NCBI GenBank assembly: GCA_963703225.1
Contig: OY969801.1
Span: 768,001 to 832,000, forward strand
Reading direction: 5' to 3'
Origin: Candidatus Eiseniibacteriota bacterium
Lineage (GTDB): Bacteria; Eisenbacteria; RBG-16-71-46; SZUA-252
Length of the DNA stretch: 64,000 nucleotides
Shown here: piece after piece, positions 31,193 to 42,563 of the stretch
Position numbering within the stretch: position 1 is the stretch's first letter
Layout of the letters: every line of letters begins with the position of its first letter
The notes under the pieces: generated by a model
Seen by the model: the letters and a program-made list of their open reading frames with translations, nothing else
What the model was told of the DNA's origin: nothing
Database searches by the model: none
Program-made: the position numbers and the translations under genes

Positions 31193-32080
31193 ATGCGCAC
31201 GCGGTACGGCACCGCTCTGACCCTTGTCTTCCTGTTCGGGCTCACCACGCCGCGCGCCGTCGACCGTCCGTTGGCGGCGAGCCCTGATGTGGAACCTTCG
31301 CCGCCCCCCGCAGGGCCCGTAGCCCCGACGCAGTCCGAATCGGAGCGGATCGCCCGCGAGCTGCTCCACACCGACCGCCTGATCGCGGTCCTCAAGCCCA
31401 AGATCATGCGTTCTGGAAACGCCAAGGCGCAGGAGCAATTCGGGGAGTCGATCCAGCGGGAGAAAGAGGCTCGTGACGCGTACGAGCACAATCTCTACGC
31501 CCGAGCGGCAAGGCTCACCCGCGAGGCCCGCTCCCTGGTGCGCGAGGCCGCGGTGATGGTCGGACCCCCCGAGGAAGATCCTGTCTACGTGGCGCGCACG
31601 ATCGACCACGCCGAAGACGCGCTCAAGCTGGCCGAGGACACGCTCCACGGCGTCCAAGACCTGGACGTTCGGAAGCGGTACGCCGAGCTGGCGAAGGATC
31701 TCGAGGGCGCGCGCCAGCTCTACCGGACCGGCGCTATGAGGCGCGCGTACGAGCAGGCCACCGGCGTGCGGGACGGGGTTCTCGACCTGTTGGCCACTTG
31801 CGAAGGCCTTCCCGTTTCGTCCGAGACCGCTTCCAAGGCGCTGAAGCGCGCCGAGCGGGCGGTGGAGCGGGCGGGGAAGGAGCTGGGGCCCAAACCAAGC
31901 GCGCCCGCGCAGCGGCTCCAACGAGAAGCGATGGGTCAGCTCACCAAGGCGCGGTCGGCATTCGCGCGGAAGGAATTCCAGGACGCGGTGATCTACTCCA
32001 AGCTCGTGGAGCGAAACCTCGACGAAGCCGTGGCGGTGCAGCGGGGCGGGACCAAGGTCACCGTCAAGAGCGACGCATAA
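31193..32080 (+). CDS. Hypothetical exported all-helical repeat protein
   Basis: Signal-like N-terminus, Pro linker, three similar helical units (..AR.AY...Y..A......R). Confidence 0.7.
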   Translation: MRTRYGTALTLVFLFGLTTPRAVDRPLAASPDVEPSPPPAGPVAPTQSESERIARELLHTDRLIAVLKPKIMRSGNAKAQEQFGESIQREKEARDAYEHNLYARAARLTREARSLVREAAVMVGPPEEDPVYVARTIDHAEDALKLAEDTLHGVQDLDVRKRYAELAKDLEGARQLYRTGAMRRAYEQATGVRDGVLDLLATCEGLPVSSETASKALKRAERAVERAGKELGPKPSAPAQRLQREAMGQLTKARSAFARKEFQDAVIYSKLVERNLDEAVAVQRGGTKVTVKSDA

Positions 32081-33738
32081 CGACAACCGTCACGTCGTCG
32101 CTCGGCTTGCCCTGGCTGCTCCAGTCGCGAACCCGCTGAATCAACGCTTCCACCATCTCCTCCGGCCGCATCGAGCGCGACTCGGTCAAGAAGTCCATCA
32201 GCCGCTCGTCGCCGAATTCCTCCTCGGTCACGCTCCTCGCCTCGGTCACCCCGTCGCTGTAGAGGATCAGGATGTCGCCCGGGTCGAGCTGGGTCGTGCC
32301 GACCGCGTAGACGGCCTCGGGGATGATTCCCAGGAGAAGCCCCCCCTCGGTCAAGGTCTCGAAGGCTCCCGAGGCCCGGAGCAGAAACGGCGGATTGTGG
32401 CCCCCGTTCACGTACCGGACCACGCCGGTTCCGGTATTCACCTCCGCCAGCACCAGCGTGATGAACCGCTCGCCCCGGACGTTTTGGTGGATGGAGCGGT
32501 TGAGCCGGGACATGACCTCGATGAGCGGGCGCTCGGTCTCCACCTGCGCGCGGACGCTGGCGGCGAGATGGGTCATGAGGAGCGCGGCCGGCATCCCCTT
32601 GCCCGCGACGTCCCCCAGGCCCGACCACCAGCTTTCCCTCGCCCGCGTCGACAAAGTCGAAATAGTCTCCGCCGACGTCGAGAGACGGGACATTGCGGCC
32701 CGCGATCTCGAACGAGCCGATGATTCGTGGCTCCGTGGGGAGGAGCGACTGCTGGAGCGTGGCGGCGCGCTTGAGCTCTTCTTCCTGGCGCTGCCGGGCC
32801 TCGTGGTTTTCCGTCTCCCGAATCTTGACCGCGGCCAGGTGCGCGATGAAGGTCAAGAGCCGTAGATCGCCCTCCTCGAACGGGACGGGTGCCGCCACGT
32901 TGTCGACGTAGATCAGCCCGAGCACCTCGCCGTCGTGCCAGAGCGGCGCGCACATGGCCGAGTGGATCCGCTGCTGGATGACGCTCTGCTGTTCTTTGAA
33001 CCGCGTATCGCTTTGCGCGTCGCTCGTGAGGATGGCCTGCCGCTGGCCGATCGCCATGCGGGCGATGGTTCGGCTGACCACGATCTCCTCGTCCGCGCCG
33101 CGGCCCGTCTGGGAGACGGCCTTGGCGACCAGCGCGTCCCCGGTTCCCTCGCGCAGGAGGATCGCGGTCCGGTCCGCCTTGAGAACGTCGGTGGCGAGCC
33201 CCACGATGAACTGGAAGAGGTCCTCCAGGGGCCGGTAGGCGAGCAGGGCCTGGCCGACGCGGTCCATCGACTGGATGAAATTTCCGATTCGCTCGGGCGA
33301 GAGGCCGGTGGCGAACGAGCGGGTATCGATCGCCCCGCTGCTCGAGATCTCATCCAGCGGTACCGCCCGGACGTTCAACGGCGCGGCCACGTCGGCGACG
33401 CGGGCCGCGGCGCTTCCGCTCCCGCTCCCCTCGCCGGTGCCCGAGAAGACGATGTGGATGCTGCCCAGCTGGAGGTGATCGCCCGGCTTTAGGCGGGCGG
33501 GCGCGTCGATCCGCCGGGTGCCGAGCTTGGTGCCGTTCTTGCTCCCGAGGTCCTCGATCCAGAAGGATCCGTCGCGGTAAAAGATCTGCGCGTGCTGCCG
33601 CGAGATCGAAGCGTCGCTCAGAACGATGGTATTCGTCTGGGATCGGCCGAACGTGCACGGGGTCTCGGTTCCCACCAGCACCTTGTCGGGCTCGGCGCCG
33701 GGACGACGGATGAGAACATACTGGTCGGGGGAAGCCAT
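32064..33738 (-). CDS. FHA-GAF-SpoIIE (PP2C) serine phosphatase; apparent frameshift near 32620
   Basis: FGRS..N.IVL.D.SISRQHA, EDLGSKNGT; GAF SAMCAPL; VGGDYFD/GDVAGKG..AA; LYSDGVTEA; DDVT. Confidence 0.88.
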
Positions 33739-33789
33739 ATCGGGCTAGTCTCCGGCCTCGGGCACTCAGTTTCAACCCGTATCCCAAGG

Positions 33790-34641
33790 ATGGAAATGCG
33801 CCGAGATTTTCAGATGGCGTGGGGGTGCGCCATCAGGGCGGCGCGGGGTTTCCATTGGGGTGAGTACGCCCCGTTCGGCTGGATCCTCGGCGCCCAGGTT
33901 CTCTTCCTGCTGCTCGCGGTGAGATTGGAAACACCGCTCGGGATGGCGACGGTGGGCGGCTTGACCCGCTTGCTCGCGGGAAGCGCGCCACTCCACTACC
34001 CGGACTTTTTCCTCTTTCTCCCGAAACTCGCTTCGATCGTCGAGGCATTTCTCTTCGTCGTCCTCGGGTCGGTGCTCATCCCCCTCGCCGTGATCCGGAT
34101 CCATCGCGGGCTCTACCCTCGAATGGCTTCCGCGACGCCCACCGCGCGACGTCTGAGCCGCGCCTTTGCGCCGACCCTCGTCGCCTGGTTGTTCGAGACG
34201 GGGCTCCTCCTCGGGTGGCAATGGGTGGTGGCGGCTGGCTTCTCTCGGTTCTTCCCCTCCACGACTCCGGGGGACGCGGGCTTCGTCGCGGTCTGGACGC
34301 TGAGCGTGCTGGGGGCCTACGCGATCGCGGCGTTGTTTGTCTACGTGCCCATCGTCGCGGTCGTCGGCGAGATTCCATTTGGCGAGACTCTTTGGGAAGG
34401 AATCCACGACGGCCTCTACTACTTTCGGTCGACGTGGATCCTCATCGTCCTCCTCTCGCTGCCCGCGCTTCCGTTTCTGCTCTTGACCCAGCTTCGGGCG
34501 GTCGAGATCGTCGATCGCCTTCGCCCCGAGCTGGTCGCGCTCCTCCTCCTGATCTACTCCGCGCTGGTCAGCATCTCGAGCTACCTCATCTTCGCCGCCG
34601 CGATGCGCCTCCACACCCCGGTGGAAGAGGACGAGCAGTGA
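33790..34641 (+). CDS. Hypothetical polytopic membrane protein
   Basis: About six hydrophobic segments; stop overlaps the next GTG; start uncertain (33790/33796). Confidence 0.65.
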   Translation: MEMRRDFQMAWGCAIRAARGFHWGEYAPFGWILGAQVLFLLLAVRLETPLGMATVGGLTRLLAGSAPLHYPDFFLFLPKLASIVEAFLFVVLGSVLIPLAVIRIHRGLYPRMASATPTARRLSRAFAPTLVAWLFETGLLLGWQWVVAAGFSRFFPSTTPGDAGFVAVWTLSVLGAYAIAALFVYVPIVAVVGEIPFGETLWEGIHDGLYYFRSTWILIVLLSLPALPFLLLTQLRAVEIVDRLRPELVALLLLIYSALVSISSYLIFAAAMRLHTPVEEDEQ

Positions 34642-36178
34642 GAGGCACCGAGGCGACAGGGGCGCTCCTCCTCGTTCTCCTCGTGAGCGCCTCGGGCTGC
34701 GGAGACTCGGAGCTTCTCCGCGCCCGATACCAGGCGGAGCGGCGCTACTGGGAGGCCGCACGCGCGGAGTTCACGGCGCGGCTCGGTGGCCAGCGGCCCG
34801 ATTCGGTCCAGCTTCTAGCCCTGCGCGAATCCTATCGCGCCGTTGAGGGGAGCGTGCGCCTCGGGGAATTGGCCGCGGCGCAGGAATCGTCGCGCAAGCT
34901 CCGCGGGGAGATCCTCCACGTCATCGCCATCTCGGAGCTACAGGCGGGGCGCCTCGGGTTGGAGGCGAACCGGCTGGACCTGGCGCTCCAGGCCTGCGAA
35001 CGGGTCGAGTCGATGGCGGAGGAGGATTCGATGCTCCGGCGCGAGGCCGATTATTTTCGCGTCACGGCGCTCCGCGAATCCCAGCGCTACGAAGAGGCGA
35101 TCGGGGCGATGGGGGAGATTCTCCGGCGGTACCAGCCCGCACTCCGATCGAGCTCGGGGGCCGAGGATCCGATCCTCTCGATCCCCGAAGCGATCGTCGA
35201 CCTCCGCCGCAGCATGGGGGACCGGTTGGGCGCCGAGCGCGCGAGCGTGGAAGCGGAGGACTACTACCGCCGGCAGCTCCAGAGGGAATGGTCGCCGACG
35301 ATCAGAGCAGGGATCCTCGCGCGCCTCGTCCGGCTGGAGCTGGACCAGGAAGATTGGGACAAGGCGCTCCGTGATCTCGAGCGGCTCCGAACGATCGCGC
35401 AGGTGACCCCCTCCCTCATCGCGGTCGAGCCGGAGATCCACTACTACGAGGCCAAGATCCAGTCGATGAAGAGCGGGAGTGGGGATCCGACCGCCGCGGT
35501 GGCCCTCCTGGACGCGGTGGCCAAGGAATACCCCGGCTCGCCCTTCGCGGCGAAGGCCACGTTCGACGCCGGCACGCTGCTCGAGCAGCGTGGCAGAAGA
35601 AGGAGGCGGTCGAGCGATACAAGATCGTCTCGTCGAGATACGCGAACGATCTGGACGTGGCGCCCACCGCCGCCTACCGCCGGGCGCTCTTGGAGGACGC
35701 GCTGGGGAATTGGGAGCGCGCCAAGAACCTGCTCGATATGATCCCGCTGCGCTACCCCGACTCCCAGGCCGCGATCGACGCGCCGATGACGATTGTCCAC
35801 CGGTACCGCAGGGAGGGCGATCAGGAGGCCGCGGAATTGGCCTTGAGGAGGGCGATCGCGACCTACCAAGGCCTCCTCGCGCGCGATTCCACGTCGACCT
35901 ATCGGGGCGCACACCGCTGGGGCCTGGCGCAGGCCCAGCTGGAGCTTGGAGAGTGGAACGCGGCCCTCGCGACGATCGATGAAATGTACCGCGAGGACCC
36001 GGGGCATCCATTTACGGCCCAAGGGCTTCTACGGGGTGCCACGGTCGCCGAGGGGCACGGCCTGAGGGCCCGGGCGGCTGACTATCTCGAGCAATTCCTC
36101 CTGGCAAACCCCGACTCGCCGCTCCGGGACAAGGCCGGCGCGGACCTTGATCGGCTGCGGAAAACCCCGATTCCTTGA
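34638..36178 (+). CDS. TPR-repeat lipoprotein (BamD/CpoB-like repeats); apparent frameshift near 35597
   Basis: GTG start, lipobox ASGC; repeated YP.S..A..A motifs; ends FL..NPDSP....A. Confidence 0.75.
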
Positions 36179-36204
36179 CGCTCCGTCGCGCCCTATGGTA
36201 CCAT
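36175..36204 (+). promoter_or_regulatory. Candidate sigma70 promoter for the EF-G paralog
   Basis: TTGACG-N18-TACCAT with extended -10 TG. Confidence 0.55.
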
Positions 36205-36265
36205 TGTTGTAAGCGTCTATTCCCATGGAATGAATTGAGTTACACCCCGCCACCTGGAGGCGCCG

Positions 36266-38356
36266 TTGAAGGACTTCCAGCCGAATCAGATCCGTAACCT
36301 TGCACTCGCCTCGCACCACGGAACAGGAAAGACATCGCTCGCGGAAGCCATCCTCTTCCGCACCAAAGCTGCGGCCCGCCACGGAAAGATTGAAGACGGC
36401 ACCACCGCGCTCGATTTCTCGCCGGAGGAGATTCACCGGAAGATTTCGATCAGCCTCTCCGTCGCGCCGGTCGAGTGGCGTGGACACAAGATCAACATGA
36501 TCGACACGCCGGGCTACGCCGACTTCATCGGCGATTGCGTCGCCGGGCTCCGGGTGTCCGACGCCGCGGTCGTCTGTCTCAAGGCGTCGGCGGGCGTCGA
36601 GGCCGGGACGGAGATGATCTGGGAAAAGGTGCTGGAGCGTGCCTGTCCGGTCCTTTGCGCGGTCACGCAGATGGAGAAGGAGCACGCCTCGTTCTCCAAG
36701 GCGATCGAGAGCGCGACCGAAAGGCTGGGGATGCGCTTCGTGGCGGTCGCCTGGCCGTTCGGCGGAGCCGACAAGTTTCGCGGGCTCGTCGATCTCGCTT
36801 CGATGAAGGCGTTCGTCTTCGAGAAGGACGGATCCGCCAAGGAGGGAGCGATCCCCCCGGAGATCGAGGCGGAGGTCAAGAAGGCCCGCGCGGCGCTGGT
36901 GGATGCGGCGGCCGAGGCGGACGACGCTCTCTTGGAAAAGTTCCTCGACGGCAAGGAGCTGGACGTCGATGAGATCCACAGGGGGCTTCGCGAGGGAGTC
37001 CTCCATCGCTCGTTCGTGCCCACGCTCCCGGTCGCCGCGGTACCGATGCTGGGAATCGACTTTCTCCTCGACTCGATGATCGACGTGATGCCCTCGCCGG
37101 CGGACCTGGGGCCCGTCGTGGGGACCAAGCCGGGGACCCAGGAGAAGGTGGAGTTCCCACCCGAGCCGAACGCCCCGCTCGCCGCGCTCGTGTTCAAGAC
37201 GAGCAGCGAGTCGCACGCCGGGGACCTCTCCCTGGTGCGCGTCTATTCGGGCACGCTGTCGCCGGGCAAGGAAGTTTGGAATTCCACCGCGCAGCGGGCC
37301 GAGAAGATGGGCCAGCTCTTCGCCGTGCGGGGCAAGGATCGAAGCGACGCGGGGCACATCCCCGCGGGCGACATCGGTGCCGCGGTCAAGCTGCGCGAGA
37401 CCCACACCGGCCAGACGCTCTGCGACAAGAACCACCAGATTCTCCTTCCGTCGATTCCGTTCCCGGGCGTGGCGCACGAGATCGCGATCGCGCCGAAGTC
37501 GAAGGGGGAGGAGGAGAAGATGGGTACCGGGCTCCACAAGCTTCGGGAAGAGGATCCGACGCTCCATGTCCGGGTCGAGGGGGACCTCCATCAGACGATC
37601 CTCTCCTGCATGGGCGACCTTCAAGTCGACGTGGCGCTGGAGAAGCTGAACCGCCGCTTTGGCGTCCACGTGGAGACCGCCAAGCCGCGGATTCCCTACC
37701 GCGAAACCATCCGCCGCTCCGTGAGCAAGCAGGGGCGCCACAAGAAGCAGACGGGCGGCCGGGGCCAATTCGGAGACGTCCACGTGCGGCTGGAGCCCCT
37801 GAAGCACGGCCAGGGATTCGAATTCGTGGACGAGGTCGTCGGCGGCTCGGTTCCGCGGAATTACATTCCCGCGGTGGAGAAGGGAATCGTGGAAGCGATG
37901 CACGACGGCGTGCTCGCGGGCTACCCGGTGGTCGACGTGCGCGCGGCGCTCTACGACGGCTCCTATCACACGGTCGATTCCTCGGAAATGGCCTTCAAGA
38001 TCGCGGGCTCGATCGCGTTCAAGGAAGGCGCCAAGGAGGCGAGCCCCGTGCTCCTCGAGCCGATCGTCGAGATCGAAGTGCGCGTGCCCAAAGAATTCGT
38101 CGGAGCCGTGACGGGCGATCTCTCCTCCAAGCGAGGAAAAATCCTCGGCATGGACTCGGAAACCCGCTACGATGTGATCCGCGCGCAGGTCCCCCAGGCC
38201 GAGCTATACAAGTACTCGACCCACCTCCGCTCCCTGACCCAGGGACGCGCCTCACACCGAACGAAGCCATCCCATTACGAAGAGGTCCCCCGAGAGCTCG
38301 CCGAGAAGATTATCGCCCAGGCAAAGGCCGATCGGGAGGCGATGGCCTCAGCCTAG
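36266..38356 (+). CDS. fusA: Elongation factor G paralog (EF-G2-like), outside the str operon
   Basis: TTG start after GGAGG; DTPG; EEDP; PYRETI; KKQTGGRGQFG; GSYHTVDSSEMAF; LLEPI. Confidence 0.92.
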   Translation: MKDFQPNQIRNLALASHHGTGKTSLAEAILFRTKAAARHGKIEDGTTALDFSPEEIHRKISISLSVAPVEWRGHKINMIDTPGYADFIGDCVAGLRVSDAAVVCLKASAGVEAGTEMIWEKVLERACPVLCAVTQMEKEHASFSKAIESATERLGMRFVAVAWPFGGADKFRGLVDLASMKAFVFEKDGSAKEGAIPPEIEAEVKKARAALVDAAAEADDALLEKFLDGKELDVDEIHRGLREGVLHRSFVPTLPVAAVPMLGIDFLLDSMIDVMPSPADLGPVVGTKPGTQEKVEFPPEPNAPLAALVFKTSSESHAGDLSLVRVYSGTLSPGKEVWNSTAQRAEKMGQLFAVRGKDRSDAGHIPAGDIGAAVKLRETHTGQTLCDKNHQILLPSIPFPGVAHEIAIAPKSKGEEEKMGTGLHKLREEDPTLHVRVEGDLHQTILSCMGDLQVDVALEKLNRRFGVHVETAKPRIPYRETIRRSVSKQGRHKKQTGGRGQFGDVHVRLEPLKHGQGFEFVDEVVGGSVPRNYIPAVEKGIVEAMHDGVLAGYPVVDVRAALYDGSYHTVDSSEMAFKIAGSIAFKEGAKEASPVLLEPIVEIEVRVPKEFVGAVTGDLSSKRGKILGMDSETRYDVIRAQVPQAELYKYSTHLRSLTQGRASHRTKPSHYEEVPRELAEKIIAQAKADREAMASA

Positions 38357-38377
38357 GCAAAGTTAGGGGACCGCACC

Positions 38378-40595
38378 ATGCGACGTCGTGCAGCTTGCTT
38401 GTCTCTCCATCTGATCCTCGGCGTGGCGCTTCTCGCATCGGGCAGAGCCGACGCGTCTCCTCGCGTCGAGCCCCACGCGCGATACGCCCCGCCCGCGCCA
38501 AGAGCGCCGCAGGTGCTCTCGGATCTCTCGCTGGCCCGGCTCCGGTCGGAGGGGCGCTCCGTCCTTTGGGTCTTCTTCACCGACAAGGAGGAGGGGGATG
38601 CCGCGTCGTTCGCGCGCTCCCTCCGCGAGGTGGGCGGCCGCGTGACCGAGCGCGCCCGCGCCCGAAGGGCGCGCGAGACCGGTGGCCGCTTTGTCCCCGA
38701 CTACTACGACCTCCCTGTGTCGGGCCGCTACGTCGACGCGGTGGCGCGGACCGGCGCTTTGACGCGCCACGTATCTCGCTGGCTGAACGGGATGACCGTC
38801 GAGGCCGACGAATCGCAGGCGCGGTTGATCGCGAGCCTTCCATTCGTCCGGATCGTGAGCCCGGCCCAGCGCTCGCGCCGCGTGGAAACGCTGCCCGCGG
38901 AACCCCTCGCGCCCTGGCCGGGGCAGGGCGGGCCTCCGGCATCACGTCCTGGCACGGAATCACCACGGGCTCCGTTCGAATGGGATGGATCCGCGCCCAC
39001 GCTCGTCAAGCCGGTCAACTACGGCGCCTCGTTCACCCCGCTCAACGCGCTCAACGTCATCGCGGCCTTTGATTCGGGTTGGAGCGCGGCGACGATCACC
39101 GTCGCGATGTTCGACGCGGGATTTGACAAGGCCCACAACGCCACGTCGCCGCTCTTGAGGATCGCGGAATACGATTTCGTGTTCCACGATGGCGAGACCG
39201 CCAACCAGCCGGGAGACGCCGCGGGAGCATGGGACCACGGCACCGGCACCTGGTCGGTCCTCGGGGGGTACTACCCCAACAACATGGTGGGCCCCGCCTT
39301 CAACGCTCGATTTCTTCTGGCCAAGACCGAGGACATCCGCTCGGAGACGCCGGTGGAAGAGGACAATTGGGTCGCGGCCGTCGAATGGGCCGATTCCATC
39401 GGCGCCGACGTCATCTCCTCGTCGCTGGCCTACTTCGACTTTGACGGGACCGCGAACGACTACACCTACACGGATCTCAACGGGTACACGACGGTGACCT
39501 CGCTCGGAGCCATCATGGCCGCGCGACGGGGAATCGTCGTCGCGAACGCCATGGGGAACTCGGGCGCCCTTCCCGGATCGCTCCAGGCGCCCGCCGACGC
39601 GGACAGCATCCTCTCTTGCGGCGCGGTCGACTCGGGGAACTCCATCGCGGGATTTTCTTCGCGGGGCCCGACCTTTGACGGACGGATCAAGCCGGAGGTG
39701 GTGGCGCAGGGGGTGGCCACGCCCTGGGCCATCGCGGGGAGCCCGTCGGTGGTGGGCACGGCGAGCGGCACGTCGCTCTCCACCCCGCTCATCGGAGGGG
39801 TGGCCGCGCTCGTGCGGGAGGCGCATCCCGAGTGGACGGTCGCCCAGGTTCGCCAGGCCCTCATGACCACGGCGGACAAATCGGCGACGCCCCAACAACG
39901 ACTACGGCTGGGGGCGGGTCGACGCCATCAAGGCGATCTACGGCTCGCCACTGGGCGGGATCGTCGCGCCCAAGCCCTTCAGCCTCCTCGTGCCGTCCAA
40001 CAACTCGGTCGTGAGCAAGCCGCCCAACGTGACGTTCAAGTGGAGAAAGGCGATCGATCCGCAGGGGAGCGCGCTGACCTACAGAATCGATTTTCGGTGC
40101 ACAGCACCTGACTCCTGCGTCTTTCAGGCAACGACGACGGACACCTTCATCGTCTACTCGAACTACCTGGGGCCGAACAAGGCGTATGAATGGACCATAA
40201 CGGCGATCGACCCCGAGGCGCACGAGCGCGAGAGTAAGGACCGTTTCCGCTTCACGACCAGCGCGACCACCGACGTCGGCGTACCCACGCCGCCGCCTTC
40301 GCCACCGCGCGTCACGCTCATGCAGAATCACCCCAACCCGACCCGATCGCTCACTCAGATCGAGTTTACGCTTACGGGGTCGTCGGGTTCGGTCCCTATG
40401 TCGCTCCGCATTTTCGACGCGTCGGGGAGATTGGTCCGGACCCTTATCGACTCCTACACGGCGGTGCCGGCGCGGTGGTCCCTTCGCTGGGACGGCCTCG
40501 ACGGAAATGGTCGCCGCGTTGGCTCCGGCATCTACTACTATAAGCTCCTGGTTCAAGGGAGCACCTTTTCCAAGCGGCTCGTTCTGCTCCGCTAG
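38378..40595 (+). CDS. Secreted S8 subtilase with C-terminal FlgD-like Ig/sorting domain; apparent frameshift near 39890
   Basis: Triad MFDAG / HGTGT / GTSLSTP; FSSRGPT.DGRIKPEV; NNDYGWG after the shift; QNHPNP..IFDASGRLVRTL..WDG.D.NG..V.SGIYYYKL. Confidence 0.88.
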
Positions 40596-40640
40596 TTCGT
40601 ATCACGGCGCCGCCCTTGAGGCGGCCCGGGAGGAGTCTCG

Positions 40641-41393
40641 ATGTCCGGTCATTCCAAGTGGGCGACCATCAAGCGGAAGAAGGGCGCCCTCGATGCCAAG
40701 CGTGGGAAGGTCTTCACCAAGTGGATCAAGGAGATCACCGTCGCCGCGCGAAATGGCGGCGGCGATCCCGCCGGCAATCCGAGGCTCCGCACGGCGATTC
40801 TCGGGGCCAAGGGCGTCAACATGCCGGCCGACAACATTGAGCGCGCGATCAAGAAGGGAACCGGAGAGCTGGAGGGGACGACCTATGAGGAGGTCACCTA
40901 CGAAGGCTACGGCCCGGGCGGGATCGCGATCCTCATGGACTCGCTCACCGACAACCGAAACCGGACCACGGGAGAGATCCGGCACATCCTGACCAAGAAC
41001 GGCGGGCGGATGGCCGACGCCGGGGCCGTCCAGTACATGTTTCATTCCAAGGGCGTCATCGCCGTGGCCCACAGCGCCGCCGATGAGGAGACCCTCTTGA
41101 CCCTCGTGCTGGACGCGGGGGCCGAGGACGTCGACACCGAAGATCCCGAGGTCTACGAGATCACCACTTCGCCGCAGCGTTTCGAGTCCGTCAAAGCCGC
41201 GCTCGCGGGGAAGGGGATTCCAGTACTATCCGCGGAGCTGGCCAAGGTGCCTCAGAACGTCATCGCGCTCAGCGTGAAGGATGCCGAACAGGCCTTGAAG
41301 CTCATGGAGGTGCTCGAGGATCATGACGACGTCCAGCGGGTCTCGTCGAATCTCGACATCACGGCCGAAGTTCTCGCCAAGATCCAGCCGTAG
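40641..41393 (+). CDS. yebC: YebC/PmpR family protein
   Basis: MSGHSKWATIKRKK, NPRLR, YEGYGPGG, TDNRNRT, DDVQ.V. Confidence 0.96.
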   Translation: MSGHSKWATIKRKKGALDAKRGKVFTKWIKEITVAARNGGGDPAGNPRLRTAILGAKGVNMPADNIERAIKKGTGELEGTTYEEVTYEGYGPGGIAILMDSLTDNRNRTTGEIRHILTKNGGRMADAGAVQYMFHSKGVIAVAHSAADEETLLTLVLDAGAEDVDTEDPEVYEITTSPQRFESVKAALAGKGIPVLSAELAKVPQNVIALSVKDAEQALKLMEVLEDHDDVQRVSSNLDITAEVLAKIQP

Positions 41394-41406
41394 TCCGGGG
41401 GCCGGT

Positions 41407-41955
41407 ACGCTCATCCTCGGCATCGACCCCGGCAGCCGGGCCACCGGATACGGGCTTCTCCGGCTCGTGGGGAGCCAGGTCCGTTACGAGCGCTCGGGGG
41501 TCATCTCGCCAAAGGCCACGCTTCCCTTTCCCGATCGCCTGGCCGCCGTCTACGACGGCCTTCTGGCGCTCCTCGACGAGGTCCATCCCGACGAGGTCGC
41601 GGTGGAGAGCGCGTTCGTCCGAAAGAGCGCCCTCGCCGCCCTCCAGATCGGCCACGTGCGGGGCGTCATCCTCCTCGCCGCCCGGCAGCGGGGCGCGGCG
41701 ATCCACGAGTACACCGCGCCGGAGGTGAAGATGGCCGTCGCCCGGCAGGGCGCCGCGGCCAAGCAGCAGGTCGAGTTCATGGTGCGCCGGCTCTTGCCGA
41801 TGGTCGGTGCCATGCGCGAGGACGAGGCCGACGCGCTCGCCGTCGCGCTCTGCCACGCCCACCGCGCGCCCTTTCGCGACCAGCGCATCGCCGTCGCGCC
41901 TCCCGTGCGCCGCCGCGCCGCGATCGCGGCCTGGAAGAGGATCGCGCTCCGATGA
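41407..41955 (+). CDS. ruvC: Holliday junction resolvase RuvC; start codon uncertain
   Basis: ILGIDPG..TGYG, AVE..F, EY....VK..V...G.A.K.QV, DEADALAVALCH. Confidence 0.92.
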   Translation, partial: TLILGIDPGSRATGYGLLRLVGSQVRYERSGVISPKATLPFPDRLAAVYDGLLALLDEVHPDEVAVESAFVRKSALAALQIGHVRGVILLAARQRGAAIHEYTAPEVKMAVARQGAAAKQQVEFMVRRLLPMVGAMREDEADALAVALCHAHRAPFRDQRIAVAPPVRRRAAIAAWKRIALR

Positions 41956-42560
41956 TCGACTCGATCACGGGGGCGCTCGCTTTCAAGTCGCCGACGGCGG
42001 CCGTGATCCGGACCGGGGGGTTCAATCTCCGGCTCCTGATCTCGGTCTCCTGCTTCGAGACGCTCCCGGCCCTGTCTCGGGAGATCACGCTCCTCACCTA
42101 CCTCCACGTCCGCGAAGACGCGCTCCAGCTCTACGGTTTTGCCGACGAGGTCGAGCGGAACCTGTTCGAGCGGTTGATCTCGGTCTCCGGGATCGGGCCG
42201 CGGCTCGCGGTGGGAATCCTGAGCGGCGCCACCGCGTCGCGGGTACGGGAGGCGATCGAGGCGGGGGACGCGGACTTCCTCGTCACCCTCCCCGGCGTGG
42301 GAAAGAAGCTCGCGCAGCGCCTCTTGGTGGAGCTGCGGGAGAAGTTCGCGCCGGGCCTTTCGGCCGCGGCCGCCCCCGGAGCGGGGACGCCGGGCGCGCT
42401 CCAGGCCGGGATCAGCGGGGACGCGGCGGCCGCGCTCGTCTCGCTCGGGTTCACCCGGAGCGCCGCCATCGCCGCGGTCCAGGAAGCGCTGCAAGAATTG
42501 GGTCCCGCCGCCAACGTCGAGACGCTGGTTCGCAGGGCCTTGCGCCAGGGGGCGCGGTAG
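41952..42560 (+). CDS. ruvA: Holliday junction branch migration protein RuvA
   Basis: VRED...LYGF, L.SVSGIGPRLA, PGVGKK.AQR, ALVSLGF. Confidence 0.95.
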   Translation: MIDSITGALAFKSPTAAVIRTGGFNLRLLISVSCFETLPALSREITLLTYLHVREDALQLYGFADEVERNLFERLISVSGIGPRLAVGILSGATASRVREAIEAGDADFLVTLPGVGKKLAQRLLVELREKFAPGLSAAAAPGAGTPGALQAGISGDAAAALVSLGFTRSAAIAAVQEALQELGPAANVETLVRRALRQGAR

Positions 42561-42563
42561 TCG

